Part shown: one piece after another, positions 26,911-39,627 of the stretch
Position numbering within the stretch: the first letter of the stretch is position 1
Layout of the letters: each line of letters starts with the position of its first letter
Source of the DNA: Bacteroidales bacterium
GTDB taxonomy: Bacteria; Bacteroidota; Bacteroidia; Bacteroidales; UBA10428
Length of the DNA: 64,000 nucleotides
Direction of reading: 5' to 3'
Assembly: GCA_016933335.1 (NCBI GenBank)
Contig: JAFGBD010000037.1
Coordinates: forward strand, 9,695-73,694
Position numbers and translations under genes: made by a program
The notes under the pieces: generated by a model
Seen by the model: the letters and a program-made list of their open reading frames with translations, nothing else
What the model was told of the DNA's origin: nothing
Databases searched by the model: none

Positions 26911-29900
26911 ATGACCTTCAAAAAAATCTTAGTTATTTATCTAATGCTCTGCTGGCCTTTATTTTTAAAAAGCCAGCAATCAGCATATTATTTCATGCAG
27001 GATATCACTTATCATACTGCAGTCAGTTTTTATGAAAAAGGGAACTATGGTACCGCAAAAGAGCTTTTTTTACGCGTATCGGAAGCCGCGGAATATGATG
27101 TTAATGCCGGGATCCGTGCCGGCTCGGCTTATTATGCTGCCATGTGTGCAATCAGGCTTTTTCATGATGATGCAGAGTTTCTCACCAACCAATACATCGG
27201 GAAATATCCCGGTCACCTGCATATCAATAATGCAAAGTTTCAGCTTGGCAATTATTTCAATGCTGTTAAGAAATACAAAAAAGCTCTTGAATATTATCAT
27301 ACGGTTGATAAGAATAAACTGACAAAAGAAGAGCGGGCTGAATATTTTTTTAACAAAGGTTACTGTTATTTCATGAGGGATGATCCGGAGAATGCAAGGG
27401 TATCGTTTTTCGAGATCAAGGATCTGCATACCAGGTACACGCCACCAGCCATGTACTATTATTCTCACATCAATTACTCCCAGAAAAACTATCAGACCGC
27501 ACTCAACGGATTTTTAACGCTTTTAAAAGACCCGACTTTCGGGGCGATTGTTCCTTACTATATCACACACATCTATTTTCTTCAGCAGAGATATGATAAA
27601 GTGGTTGAGTTTGCTGGCGGCTTCATGGACCAGGTTACTGAAAAACGCATGGCTGAAGTGGCACGGATCATAGGTGAATCGTTTATTCAGCTGGAAAAAT
27701 ATACCGAAGCCATTCCATACCTTGAGAAATACATGGAAAAGGCAGAATATGTTACCAGGGAGGACAAATATCAGACAGCTTATGCGTATTATAAATCAAG
27801 GAGGTACGAAGAAGCAGCGGATATGTTCGGCAAATTGTCATCCGGTAATTCCCTGTTGTGCCAGAATGCACTTTATCATCTTGCAGACTGTTACCTGAAG
27901 CTCGGCCGTAAACACGATGCACGTATGGCGTTTTCTTCGGCTTCAAAGCTGGATTTCGACGAAAATATACAGGAGGATGCATTGTTCAATTATGCACTTG
28001 TGACATATGAACTCTCGTATTCACCATTCAATGAGGCTGTTCAGGCTTTAAACCAGTATATTGACAAATACCCGTTGTCAAAACGCACCGACGAAGCTTA
28101 TAACTACCTGGTTATGGCCTATATGACAACAAAGAATTACAGGATGGCACTGAGCTCACTGGAGAAGATCAGGAATAAAACACCTGAAATGAAAAAAGCT
28201 TACCAGAAAATTGCATATTTCAGGGCACTGGAGTTCATCAATAATCTGAAATACCAGGAAGCCATTTCCCTGCTTAACAGTTCCGTCTCAAACGGGATTT
28301 ATGATAACAGGCTGAAATCCCTGTCAATGTTCTGGAAGGCAGAAGCATACTACAGACTTGGGGATTACAGTGATGCCATTGCAAATTACATGGCATTTAT
28401 TGAAGAACCCGGTGTTTATCATCTGAATGAATATCCCCTGGCACTTTATGGTGTCGGATATTCCTTTTTTCAGCAGCAGAAATACCAGGAAGCGTCCGGC
28501 TGGTTCAGGAAATTTGTCACACAGATGAACCAGGCAAAGGTGAAAACTGTGGGAGATGCTTTGAACCGTACAGGTGATTGTTTTTTTGTAAGAAAAGATT
28601 ATTATGCCGCCATCGATTTTTATGACCGGAGCATTGAGAATGGTTCTACTGATGTTGACTATGCGCTGTTTCAGAAAGGTCTTTCACTTGGAGTGCTTAA
28701 CAGGGAAGAACAAAAAATCAGTGTTCTGAATAAACTGATCAGCTCTTACCCTGCCTCAAATTATCTGGATGATGCACTTTATGAAACCGGGGAAAGCCAT
28801 GTTGCCATCAACCAGCCTGATAAGGCTGTCGAAAGTTACAGGCGGATTATCGATTCGTGGCCGAACAGCAGTTATGTTTCAGGGGCTCTGGTCAATCTGG
28901 GTGTGATCTATTATAATACCGGCCGCCCGCAGGAAGCCATGAATGTTTATAAACGTGTAATACAGGATTATCCGGGGACTGACGAGGCCAGGGGTGCACT
29001 GAATGGTCTGAAAAACGTGTATGTTGACCAGAACAATGTGGACGGTTATTTTGAATATGCCCGCAATCTTGGCAGTTTTGCTCAGGTGAGTACTCACGAA
29101 CAGGATTCATTGAGTTATATTTCAGCTGAGAATCAGTATATGGCCGGTGATTGTGAAAGATCTTCACAGAGCTTTAAAAGATATATAGAGAATCATCCTG
29201 ACGGAAGTTTTATCCTGAATGCACATTTTTATAAGGGTGATTGCAATTACCAGCAGGAGAAGTATGACGAGGCACTGGCCTCATTCGATTTTATTATCAG
29301 CAAGCCGAAGAATATCTTTACCGAGCAGGCTCTGCTCGGTGCTGCCCGTATTTCTTTTATGCGTGAGAACTGGGTGAATGCGTTGAATTATTATAAAAGT
29401 CTTGCGGAATTGACGGAAACACGCGGGAACCTGCTGGAAGCAAGGGTCGGGCAGATGAGATGCAGTTATTTCCTGGAAGACTTTTCGGGATGCATCGATG
29501 CAGCAAAAACTGTTCTGGAGACTGAAAAGCTTCCTGAGGCAATGGAACGTGAAGCAAGGTTCAAGCTGGCAAAATCTTTATATGCCAATGAAAGGCTGAT
29601 GCTCGCACTTGAAGAGTTCCGGAAGGTAGCTGTTGAAGTCACCAGTCCGGAAGGAGCAGAATCGAAATACCGTATGGCAGAAATCTATTTCAAAAGAGAA
29701 GACATCAAAGAGGCAGACAAGATCATTGCCGATTTTGCCGGTAAAACAACTCCTCACCAGTACTGGATGGCAATGAGCTTCATACTCTGGGCAGATATTT
29801 TTGCCTTGCAGGGTGATTATTTTCAGGCGATACAGACACTTCAGAGTATCATTGATTACTATGGCAGTTCTGATGACGGCATATTGATCCTGGCACGCGA

Positions 29901-29985
29901 CAGGCACAGGAAATATGTGGAATTGCAGCAGTCGGACGAAAAAGTGGTCGATCAGGAAGACCTTGAGATAAACATCGGTCAGTAA
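26911..29985 (+). CDS. Very large tetratricopeptide-repeat (TPR) protein, exported
   Basis: 1024 aa with an N-terminal signal peptide. Throughout there are 34-aa-type repeats with A/Y/F/L spacing (e.g. AKFQLGNYFNAVKKYKKALEYY, ALYHLADCYLKLGRKHDARMAF, ALVNLGVIYYNTGRPQEAMNVY). Confidence 0.8.
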   Translation: MTFKKILVIYLMLCWPLFLKSQQSAYYFMQDITYHTAVSFYEKGNYGTAKELFLRVSEAAEYDVNAGIRAGSAYYAAMCAIRLFHDDAEFLTNQYIGKYPGHLHINNAKFQLGNYFNAVKKYKKALEYYHTVDKNKLTKEERAEYFFNKGYCYFMRDDPENARVSFFEIKDLHTRYTPPAMYYYSHINYSQKNYQTALNGFLTLLKDPTFGAIVPYYITHIYFLQQRYDKVVEFAGGFMDQVTEKRMAEVARIIGESFIQLEKYTEAIPYLEKYMEKAEYVTREDKYQTAYAYYKSRRYEEAADMFGKLSSGNSLLCQNALYHLADCYLKLGRKHDARMAFSSASKLDFDENIQEDALFNYALVTYELSYSPFNEAVQALNQYIDKYPLSKRTDEAYNYLVMAYMTTKNYRMALSSLEKIRNKTPEMKKAYQKIAYFRALEFINNLKYQEAISLLNSSVSNGIYDNRLKSLSMFWKAEAYYRLGDYSDAIANYMAFIEEPGVYHLNEYPLALYGVGYSFFQQQKYQEASGWFRKFVTQMNQAKVKTVGDALNRTGDCFFVRKDYYAAIDFYDRSIENGSTDVDYALFQKGLSLGVLNREEQKISVLNKLISSYPASNYLDDALYETGESHVAINQPDKAVESYRRIIDSWPNSSYVSGALVNLGVIYYNTGRPQEAMNVYKRVIQDYPGTDEARGALNGLKNVYVDQNNVDGYFEYARNLGSFAQVSTHEQDSLSYISAENQYMAGDCERSSQSFKRYIENHPDGSFILNAHFYKGDCNYQQEKYDEALASFDFIISKPKNIFTEQALLGAARISFMRENWVNALNYYKSLAELTETRGNLLEARVGQMRCSYFLEDFSGCIDAAKTVLETEKLPEAMEREARFKLAKSLYANERLMLALEEFRKVAVEVTSPEGAESKYRMAEIYFKREDIKEADKIIADFAGKTTPHQYWMAMSFILWADIFALQGDYFQAIQTLQSIIDYYGSSDDGILILARDRHRKYVELQQSDEKVVDQEDLEINIGQ

Positions 29986-30012
29986 ATATGAATCTGAACT
30001 AAAAAAGAGACA

Positions 30013-31713
30013 ATGAGACGTCCATTAAAAAATTTTCATTTTTTCAAAAAAGGAGATGAAAATATACTTCTCTTCACCGCAGTCACGGCTATCCTGGTCA
30101 GCTCCGGACATTTATCTGCACAGCAGATCAGTCGTGATGTTGTTGTGGTCAAACCCTATGAACCGGCATTATCAGACGCATATAAGATCAGTCCCCTGCC
30201 GAGAATTGAGGATTCGGCTGCAGTATCACCGACTTTTGATTATTCCATACTGCCTTTGAAAATTAACGCCCCGTTTGTGCTTAAACCGATCAATGCGGCA
30301 AAAATGATAGGCACTCCGCTCGAAAGACTATATAACAGTTATATTAAACTGGGCATTGGCAACTATTTTACGCCTGTTGCCGAATATAACATTAATTCCC
30401 TGAGAGCCAAAGACAGATCGATCGGAGCATATTTCAGGCACCGGTCATCAGGGTCGAAGATAACTCTTGACAATGATGACAAGGTACCTGCAGGTTATTC
30501 TGTGAATCAGGCTGAAATATACGGAAAGAAGTTTTATCCTCATGCAGACCTTTCAGGAAGTTTCAGGTTCAGATCTGACGGCATGCATTACTATGGTTAC
30601 AATACCCTTCTTTTTCCGGATACCTTGCCTGATATAAAAGGAAAAGAAATAAAGCAGAATTATGTAAGAGCAGGGATTGAGGTTCGTTATTATTCTACTT
30701 ACACCGATTCTTCCCACCTTAATTATGATCTGGTTTTCAATTACAGTAATTTCAATGACAAGTTCAACCATTTTGAAAATCTGCTGCTTCTTGGAACAGC
30801 TTTGAATAAAAGGTATGGAGAAAAACTGCTGGGAGTTGACCTTGGTTTCAGGCTGAACCATACCAGCAAGTCAATTGATTCAGCAGCTACAACGCTTGTC
30901 AGCGTGAGTCCTTACTTTTCGAAAAAAAATGCCGATTATGAATTCGAGGTTGGCGGCAGGGTGTTTTTTTCCGCTGGCAATCAAAAAAACACCTTCTTCT
31001 ATCCCAGGGCTAATTTGAAGTTCAGCGTGGTGGAAAGAATGCTGGTTCCTTATGTCGGTATTGACGGTCATGCAAATCTTGTCACCTATGAACGACTCTC
31101 AGAAGAAAACCCTTATATTATGCCGGCTTCATCTTCTGAAATTACCAACAGGCTTTTTGTTTATGCAGGCATAACAGGACTGTTCAGCTCAAAGTCGGGA
31201 TTTAACCTGAAAGTTTCCTACAACATCATTAACAACACGCCCTTGTTTGTAAATGATTCTGCAGGCAAATACCAGAATCGTTTTAAGGTTATCAGTGATG
31301 ATGTGGAGTTACTCAAATATTCCGGGGAGGTTTTTTATAATCCCCTGGAAAATTTGGAACTGATCCTGAAAGGGAACCTGTTTGGAACTACCATGAGCAC
31401 TGAGGCAAAAGCCTGGCATAATCCCGATTATGAGTTTGTTTTTCAGACAAGGTACAATCTGAAGAAAAAGATTTATGCCGATATCAATATAAACCTTATC
31501 GGAATCAGATATGCAAAACCATATGATATCATGGATAATGCAATCAGGCTCGATCCTGTCTTCGATCTGAATCTTGGACTGGAATACAGGTATTCAAAGG
31601 TTTTTTCGGTCTTTGCAGATATATACAATCTGACCTCTTCAAAGTATGATCTGTGGAACCAGTACCCGGCCAGGAAAATAAACTTCATTTTAGGTTTTAC
31701 TTATAAGCTGTAG
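30013..31713 (+). CDS. Predicted outer-membrane beta-barrel protein (putative porin-like), function unknown
   Basis: 566 aa with a signal peptide ending HLSAQQ. Alternating-hydrophobicity strands rich in Y/F/N/G throughout, and the C-terminal strand INFILGFTYKL. Starts 27 nt after the TPR gene. Confidence 0.55.
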   Translation: MRRPLKNFHFFKKGDENILLFTAVTAILVSSGHLSAQQISRDVVVVKPYEPALSDAYKISPLPRIEDSAAVSPTFDYSILPLKINAPFVLKPINAAKMIGTPLERLYNSYIKLGIGNYFTPVAEYNINSLRAKDRSIGAYFRHRSSGSKITLDNDDKVPAGYSVNQAEIYGKKFYPHADLSGSFRFRSDGMHYYGYNTLLFPDTLPDIKGKEIKQNYVRAGIEVRYYSTYTDSSHLNYDLVFNYSNFNDKFNHFENLLLLGTALNKRYGEKLLGVDLGFRLNHTSKSIDSAATTLVSVSPYFSKKNADYEFEVGGRVFFSAGNQKNTFFYPRANLKFSVVERMLVPYVGIDGHANLVTYERLSEENPYIMPASSSEITNRLFVYAGITGLFSSKSGFNLKVSYNIINNTPLFVNDSAGKYQNRFKVISDDVELLKYSGEVFYNPLENLELILKGNLFGTTMSTEAKAWHNPDYEFVFQTRYNLKKKIYADININLIGIRYAKPYDIMDNAIRLDPVFDLNLGLEYRYSKVFSVFADIYNLTSSKYDLWNQYPARKINFILGFTYKL

Positions 31714-32083
31714 AATACCGGCTGCAATATTGCTTAATGCGATTATCCATTAAATCCGGACATCATGTGTCTTATTCTATCCATTGTATGTTTTATCTGG
31801 AAATGAAGGTTTTAAAGTGAAGATACTTTTATTTTAGATACGTATGATTTTCACAAGAATGAATTATTAATATTTAATTGGTCTTGTGTAACTTATAAAT
31901 AAAATTTTATTCATTCCCTTTTGTGAAATTTCTGAATAAAATTTTAATGAACGTTTCATCCGGAATAGTTGTATTTTTGCTTTTACTAAATCCTTGTCAC
32001 TAAACCATTTAATTTGTTGATTGTTTGTTGATAATTCCTTGATTATTAGAGGTTTTTTGTCAATTTATTTGACCGGGATTTAC

Positions 32084-32091
32084 TATCTTTG
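32084..32091 (+). promoter_or_regulatory. Candidate -7 box (TATCTTTG) for gyrB
   Basis: Exact TAnnTTTG with TTTG elements upstream (32056..32059 and 32068..32071). Implies a ~120-nt leader. Confidence 0.35.
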
Positions 32092-32214
32092 TAATGCTTT
32101 GAAAAGACAATTTCACTAAGGTTACAGATGACTGAATACATCAAGCACACCTCCTCCTTCAATAAGAATTGGTTTTAAAGCAGTATGAGTTTTTTGGTAT
32201 TTAATACAAGTTGA

Positions 32215-34200
<1,986 letters not shown>

Positions 34201-34204
34201 GATT

Positions 34205-34226
34205 AAAGCCGCATGAGCGGCTTTTT
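34205..34226 (+). terminator. Intrinsic terminator after gyrB
   Basis: AAAGCCGC-ATGA-GCGGCTTT perfect 8-bp stem followed by a T-run, 5 nt after the gyrB stop. Confidence 0.8.
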
Positions 34227-34280
34227 AAATGTTACTGAAAACCGGTCATGCTATGAAACGACCCAATAAATGATCAGCTG

Positions 34281-35279
34281 ATGAAACAATTTGTTATGAT
34301 TCTTTTAATTTATCTGATGTTGCCCGGTTATCTGATTGCACAAAACATACCGGGAGCTTTCGGAATTTCTGAGATCAGATGGGAACTCGATTATCAGATA
34401 TTTCTTAAAATGACAAACGATTCGGGTTATAATTATGACGTCAGACAATTATTTCACATCCCGAAACACGAAACCGGCTTTGAAACTGATTATGTCTATT
34501 ATCCGGTAAATCTTGGTCCTGAATATATCAACGGTGTAAGATATCATGGCGACAGCCTGGGTAAAGCATCCGGTTATAAAACTTTATGGAGCGCATTACA
34601 TGAGGCTGTGGGAGGAGGTTGGGTTCACTTTACCAATTGCCTGCTTTATGCGCTGGAAACAGGCCAGCTTTCATTGACCGCTCCGTTAATGCAGCGGATC
34701 CGCACCAAATGGAAGCCGAAACCTTTTACAGATTCATACCTCAGGACCAGGAAATGGAAATATTATACACCTGTTCGTCAGAAAGAAGCTGCAAAGGAAT
34801 ACAAACTGAGGACAGAGCGCAATGAACTCGGAGATCTTACAAGTATACCGGAGACTTTTATTGAACTGATGCTTAATACAAGTGAAAGAGATTACCGGAA
34901 ACTGGCTGAAAAAGGAGAAAAGAACAGGGCAGCCAAGATCGATCTTGTCAAACTGATGATGGGCAGCAATTTCCTTGGTGAAGTCCAGATTAATTATATC
35001 CGCAGTGCTGTATTAAGGGCAGTAAAAAATTATTCTGCAAGTAAACTCCCATCAGTTGTTATTTTTGATGAATTTGATGCTGCAGCGGTCATGACACTTG
35101 TTCCGGAAGGTTACCAGATTGATGCAGTGGTATTTAAGAACTCCTCAGAACTTACAGAATCAGAAAAAAAAGCAAGAACATCAAAAATGATCGGGATCAT
35201 TGCCGGGATCAATGATTACAATCAAAATTCATTCATTAAAAGGCTGGACAGTTATTATCAGAAACAGGGCATTCCCTGA
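34281..35279 (+). CDS. Hypothetical exported protein
   Basis: 332-aa ORF with a signal peptide (MKQFVMILLIYLMLPGYLIAQ). I recognise no family motif. Confidence 0.5.
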   Translation: MKQFVMILLIYLMLPGYLIAQNIPGAFGISEIRWELDYQIFLKMTNDSGYNYDVRQLFHIPKHETGFETDYVYYPVNLGPEYINGVRYHGDSLGKASGYKTLWSALHEAVGGGWVHFTNCLLYALETGQLSLTAPLMQRIRTKWKPKPFTDSYLRTRKWKYYTPVRQKEAAKEYKLRTERNELGDLTSIPETFIELMLNTSERDYRKLAEKGEKNRAAKIDLVKLMMGSNFLGEVQINYIRSAVLRAVKNYSASKLPSVVIFDEFDAAAVMTLVPEGYQIDAVVFKNSSELTESEKKARTSKMIGIIAGINDYNQNSFIKRLDSYYQKQGIP

Positions 35280-35284
35280 CCGTT

Positions 35285-37213
35285 CTAATACTTAATGATT
35301 TTGGAGGCATAAAGATGATCGTTAATATCTATTAAGAGGATATACGGACCTTTGCGGTATGGCTTGAAATTGATAACTTCATACTGGTTGGTACCGGCAG
35401 CCGAGTGTATAATTTTTCCTGAAAGATCCACAATACGGATAGTATAATCCCCCGGCTCTTCATCAAACAATAGTATAAGCTCGTCTTTTACCGGATTAGG
35501 AAATATGGTATATATATTTCCGGGATTCTTATCTTCTGCGATATGGCCAAACTTGATAACTTCAGACAGCAGCCATTTGTCCGGATCAAATCTCACGTCA
35601 GAGATTATACCGGGCAGATGCTTTTCGAATATCTGAAAATTATTAAGTTGCCTGAATGAGATCGTTGTATCATTTCCGTTGGAAAACAGGACTTCAAAAG
35701 GCATTAAAGTATTAAACAAAGGAGTTGTTTCTGAGCTTGTTTCCTGCAGAGAGTGAATAATAAGCGTATCGTTTCTGGTTAACCATGAGAATGTATAGTA
35801 TGGAAAACCTTCACCATAATACCACTGATTAAAGAAATCAGTAAAATCTATACCTGTCTGCAGTTGCAGGAAGTTTTTGAAATCTTCGCCACTGGCATTA
35901 CCGTTTCTGTAGGTGGATAAAAAATCCCTTAAAATTCTGAAGAACTCTTTGTCATTCCCCAGTTCATGGCGCATCATATGAATGATGGCTGCACCTTTTT
36001 TATATGAGAGGACATAGTCAAATATACGCTTTACGTTCAGCGTATCTTCTGCAGGCAGATATATGCTTCCCGTTTTTATGTTTTTTACATAGTTATGTGC
36101 ATTTTCCATCCAGGCCATTGCACTTTCTTTTGAATCAAGATTTTCGAGAGCCAGGTACTCTGAATAACTTGCAAATCCTTCGTTGATCCATATGTCCTGC
36201 CATGCTGAACAGGTTACATAGTCACCAAACCATTGATGTGCCAGCTCATGGGCAACAAGCAAATAGGAAAAATTACCCAGGGTAGTCATCGTCTGGTGCT
36301 CCATACCACCGCCAAGGGGCACCAGACAGTGTCCGTATTTTTCATCTGCGTATGGATAGGGCCCGTATATTTCACTGAAGAGCAGCAGAAAATTACCTGT
36401 CTCATCAATTCTGCTTTTATTTTCTGTCAGGCAGGGCTCAGGATAAATATAATTTACGACCAGGATCGAATCATCATGCAATGCATCATAAACATAAAAG
36501 CTGTAATCGACATATTTTCCTACAGCCATTGATATCAAATAGTAAGCTATGGGATGACGTGATTTCCATTCGTATCTTGATTTTCCGTCAGGCAGTTTTA
36601 CGGTTTGCTCCAGTATTCCGTTGGATCCTGCTTTCAGGGTTGAGTCAGTTGTAATGAATACGTATGAACTGTCTGCTTTGTCTGTTAATATCTGCTTGCA
36701 CGGATAAAAATACTTTGCTGATAAAGGTTCGGTCAGCGTATAGGTATAATTTCCGAAAGGATCGGCTTTTCTGTTGTAAATGCCTTTCTCCTCACCTGAA
36801 TCATAGGCTTTGCCATGATAATAGACTAAAATATCTGCAATCTGCCCCATAATAAACACATCCGGCAGTTCAATGCTGAGGATGTCTGAATTATGCCGGA
36901 ATTGGGAAGAAATGCTGTTTACCAGAACCGAATCAACCAGGTAATTGCTGACAAGATCAAAACTCAGGCGATTGACCTGCTGCACGACCACCTCAGCCTT
37001 AATAAGGACAGAGCCGGAAATGTATATGCTCGTATCAGAAACATTTAAATCGATTTTATAAAACCTGACATCATAGCTGTCTTTTGAATATTCCGTCTGG
37101 ATATCCCTGTTATTCAGGTTCTGAATAACGGCCTGCTGACTGACTAAATGCCTGATATGCAAAAAACCGAATAATAAAAATACAGGTAAGATTCCTGATA
37201 AAAGTCTCATCAA
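35285..37213 (-). CDS. M1-family zinc aminopeptidase with type IX secretion C-terminal sorting domain
   Basis: GGMEHQ exopeptidase motif, HELAHQWFGD...NEGFASY zinc site, an N-terminal signal peptide, and a C-terminal ~80 aa (IYTIFPNPVKDELILLF...GKIIHS...GPYILLIDINDHLYASKIIKY) typical of the Por/T9SS CTD. Confidence 0.9.
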   Translation of the reverse strand: MMRLLSGILPVFLLFGFLHIRHLVSQQAVIQNLNNRDIQTEYSKDSYDVRFYKIDLNVSDTSIYISGSVLIKAEVVVQQVNRLSFDLVSNYLVDSVLVNSISSQFRHNSDILSIELPDVFIMGQIADILVYYHGKAYDSGEEKGIYNRKADPFGNYTYTLTEPLSAKYFYPCKQILTDKADSSYVFITTDSTLKAGSNGILEQTVKLPDGKSRYEWKSRHPIAYYLISMAVGKYVDYSFYVYDALHDDSILVVNYIYPEPCLTENKSRIDETGNFLLLFSEIYGPYPYADEKYGHCLVPLGGGMEHQTMTTLGNFSYLLVAHELAHQWFGDYVTCSAWQDIWINEGFASYSEYLALENLDSKESAMAWMENAHNYVKNIKTGSIYLPAEDTLNVKRIFDYVLSYKKGAAIIHMMRHELGNDKEFFRILRDFLSTYRNGNASGEDFKNFLQLQTGIDFTDFFNQWYYGEGFPYYTFSWLTRNDTLIIHSLQETSSETTPLFNTLMPFEVLFSNGNDTTISFRQLNNFQIFEKHLPGIISDVRFDPDKWLLSEVIKFGHIAEDKNPGNIYTIFPNPVKDELILLFDEEPGDYTIRIVDLSGKIIHSAAGTNQYEVINFKPYRKGPYILLIDINDHLYASKIIKY

Positions 37214-37250
37214 TGAATAATTTTTATTTCAAGTGCCTTTCAGTCATTTC

Positions 37251-38369
37251 TTAATCTTTTTTTGCCGACACTTTATAAATGGTTGTTTGTGAATAGGTCT
37301 CCCATGGATTTAATATGGTGGATGGAAACCGGGGTTTATTCGGACTATCCGGAAAGTGCTGGGTCTCAAGACAAAATCCATAGTACTTTTTATACCTGAT
37401 ATTTCCTTTACCTGCTATGCTTCCATCAAAATGAATTGCTGAATATAGCTGTACACCTGGCTCGGTTGTAAATACATCCATTTTCAGACCCGAAACAGGT
37501 TCAGATACTTCTGCAATTTTTTCGAGAACTCCCGGTTTTTTATTCAGTACATAATTATGATCATAACCACCTGTTTTCATGTTTTTAATCCTGCTGCCTA
37601 TTTCAGTCATTTCCGTAAAATCAAGGTCTGTGCCCTTTACTGTTGCCAGTTCACCGGTGGGAATAAGTGTTTCGTCAGCCGGTGTGTACTGATCTGCAAA
37701 TATTTTCAGCCGGTGTTTCAGGATATTCCCCCTGCAGCCATTAAGGTTAAAATAAGTATGGTTGGTTAAATTTACGTGTGTGGTTTTATCGGTGGTCGCT
37801 TTATATTCTATTTTAAACTCACCCTCGTTGTTCAGGGAATAAATGACCTCGACATTGAGATTGCCCGGATATCCTTCTTCCATATCATGGCTCAGGTATT
37901 TAAGTTTTAAACCCGTCTGCACAGGTGTGTCAATGATCGAATAATCCCATAAAACCTTGTTAAAACCGATATTACCACCATGCAGATGGTTGGGAGGTTG
38001 ATTGACGGCCAGTTGATAGTCTTTGTCATTCAGTGAAAAGATACCTTTTGCAATACGGTTGCCATATCTTCCGATGATTGCGCCAAGATAAGAGGTATCA
38101 GCAATAAAATCCTCGAGATTATCCCAGCCAAGAACTATATCAAGGGGTTTTCCGCTTTTATCGGGCACAATCCATGATGTCACTATCCCACCAAAATTGG
38201 TAATCTGGCATTTCACACCAGAATCGTTTTCAATGGTTATCAGATCAGCCTGCCTTCCATCGCCGGTATTTCCAAAAAATTGTTTATGAATTTTCATTGC
38301 AGGATGCTTATTAATGAATCCAAGAATGGGTAAAAATAGAAAAATTATTAATTTGAGATTGCGGATCAA
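37251..38369 (-). CDS. galM: Aldose 1-epimerase (galactose mutarotase), exported
   Basis: 372 aa. GRYGNRIAKG, HLHGG, NLTNHTYFNL and FCLETQHFPDSPN blocks of the mutarotase family. Confidence 0.9.
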   Translation of the reverse strand: MIRNLKLIIFLFLPILGFINKHPAMKIHKQFFGNTGDGRQADLITIENDSGVKCQITNFGGIVTSWIVPDKSGKPLDIVLGWDNLEDFIADTSYLGAIIGRYGNRIAKGIFSLNDKDYQLAVNQPPNHLHGGNIGFNKVLWDYSIIDTPVQTGLKLKYLSHDMEEGYPGNLNVEVIYSLNNEGEFKIEYKATTDKTTHVNLTNHTYFNLNGCRGNILKHRLKIFADQYTPADETLIPTGELATVKGTDLDFTEMTEIGSRIKNMKTGGYDHNYVLNKKPGVLEKIAEVSEPVSGLKMDVFTTEPGVQLYSAIHFDGSIAGKGNIRYKKYYGFCLETQHFPDSPNKPRFPSTILNPWETYSQTTIYKVSAKKD

Positions 38370-38643
38370 TGAATTAAATCATATCCCTTTACAATATAAA
38401 GTTTCCGTCTCTATGAATTTATGGTAATACATTAAAAACCAGGTTAAATATTAATATTGAGAAACAGGAAACCCGACCTGTAATCAGGATTATGAACAGG
38501 CAGGAGACTGTTGAATATGTATAAAAACAATGCTGTTCCGGACATTAAATATTCACCCCGAAGATTTAACAATTGGAAAAAATCAAAATAATTTCTAGTT
38601 TTAAGCCCCGTAATGAAACGGATTTTCCGAAAAACATTAAATT

Positions 38644-39537
38644 ATGAAACGATTTGAGATTTACCTGAAGGTTGTATTTGCTGTTCTTATTATTTTTTCA
38701 TCCTGTAAGCAAGCTGAACATAAAGGCACTGATGTCATTGATTATGAAACAATACAGCTGGATGAAAATAAGGAGGTAATTCCCGGCTTTGATACGATTG
38801 GTGAAGGATTGCCTATCTTTTACAATATGTATCTCACTGTTGAGATGGAATCTTTATTTGAATCTGTGCATGCTGTTTTTGACCAGGATTTGCTTAACAG
38901 ATCCGAAAAGGCAGCCGACTATATTACAGCCTCAAAGAAAGCCCTTAACCTTGGAGTATATGCAGTCGACTTAAGTTATTGCAGAATTTTTGAACAGTTT
39001 GAAATGGCAGGCCGGTATTTCAGCGCTATGCAAAGACTCTCAGAAGAGCTTGGAATTCCATCGGATTATTTTATAAACACGGCCAAAAGATTCGACAGGA
39101 ACATCAATAACAAAGATTCACTGATAGAAATTGCCAATGAAGTCTACATGACAACAGATTCATATCTGAAAAAGAATGAACAGTACAGTGCTTCAGCACA
39201 AATCATACTGGGAGGATGGATTGAAGCGATATACATTGCTTCAAATGTAGCCCTTGAAAGTAAGGATATAGATATTATAGAACGGTATGCAGAACAGAAA
39301 TATTCATTGAAAAACCTTCTGGAAATGTTATCAAATTATCCGGATGACGAGGTGATAGGATTGTACGTCAGGAAATTAAGGGAGATTGATATTATTTACA
39401 GCACTTTTGTGCTGGATATCCATGAAGAACTGGATCCTGAATCTGCAAAAGCCAGGAGAATTATTGATAAAGCCCTCGTCAAAATCAGACAAATTGGTGA
39501 ACTGGCTAATGCACTGAGAGAAGAGACCATAGAATAA
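38644..39537 (+). CDS. Hypothetical all-helical lipoprotein
   Basis: 297-aa ORF with a lipobox (LIIFSSC). No recognised family. Confidence 0.5.
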   Translation: MKRFEIYLKVVFAVLIIFSSCKQAEHKGTDVIDYETIQLDENKEVIPGFDTIGEGLPIFYNMYLTVEMESLFESVHAVFDQDLLNRSEKAADYITASKKALNLGVYAVDLSYCRIFEQFEMAGRYFSAMQRLSEELGIPSDYFINTAKRFDRNINNKDSLIEIANEVYMTTDSYLKKNEQYSASAQIILGGWIEAIYIASNVALESKDIDIIERYAEQKYSLKNLLEMLSNYPDDEVIGLYVRKLREIDIIYSTFVLDIHEELDPESAKARRIIDKALVKIRQIGELANALREETIE

Positions 39538-39627
39538 AGATTTCTGCAGCCATATTATCGACAGTTTGCCGGATAATATGATCAACCGGAGTTGTATCGT
39601 CTTTACAGACCGGGAAAAAGCTTCAGC

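Noticed and set aside
34281-35279. Considered calling the 332-aa exported protein GldN/PorN because of its size and lineage.
   Set aside because: It shows no resemblance to the GldN sequence pattern as I recall it, and no gldK/L/M genes are adjacent. I left it as hypothetical.
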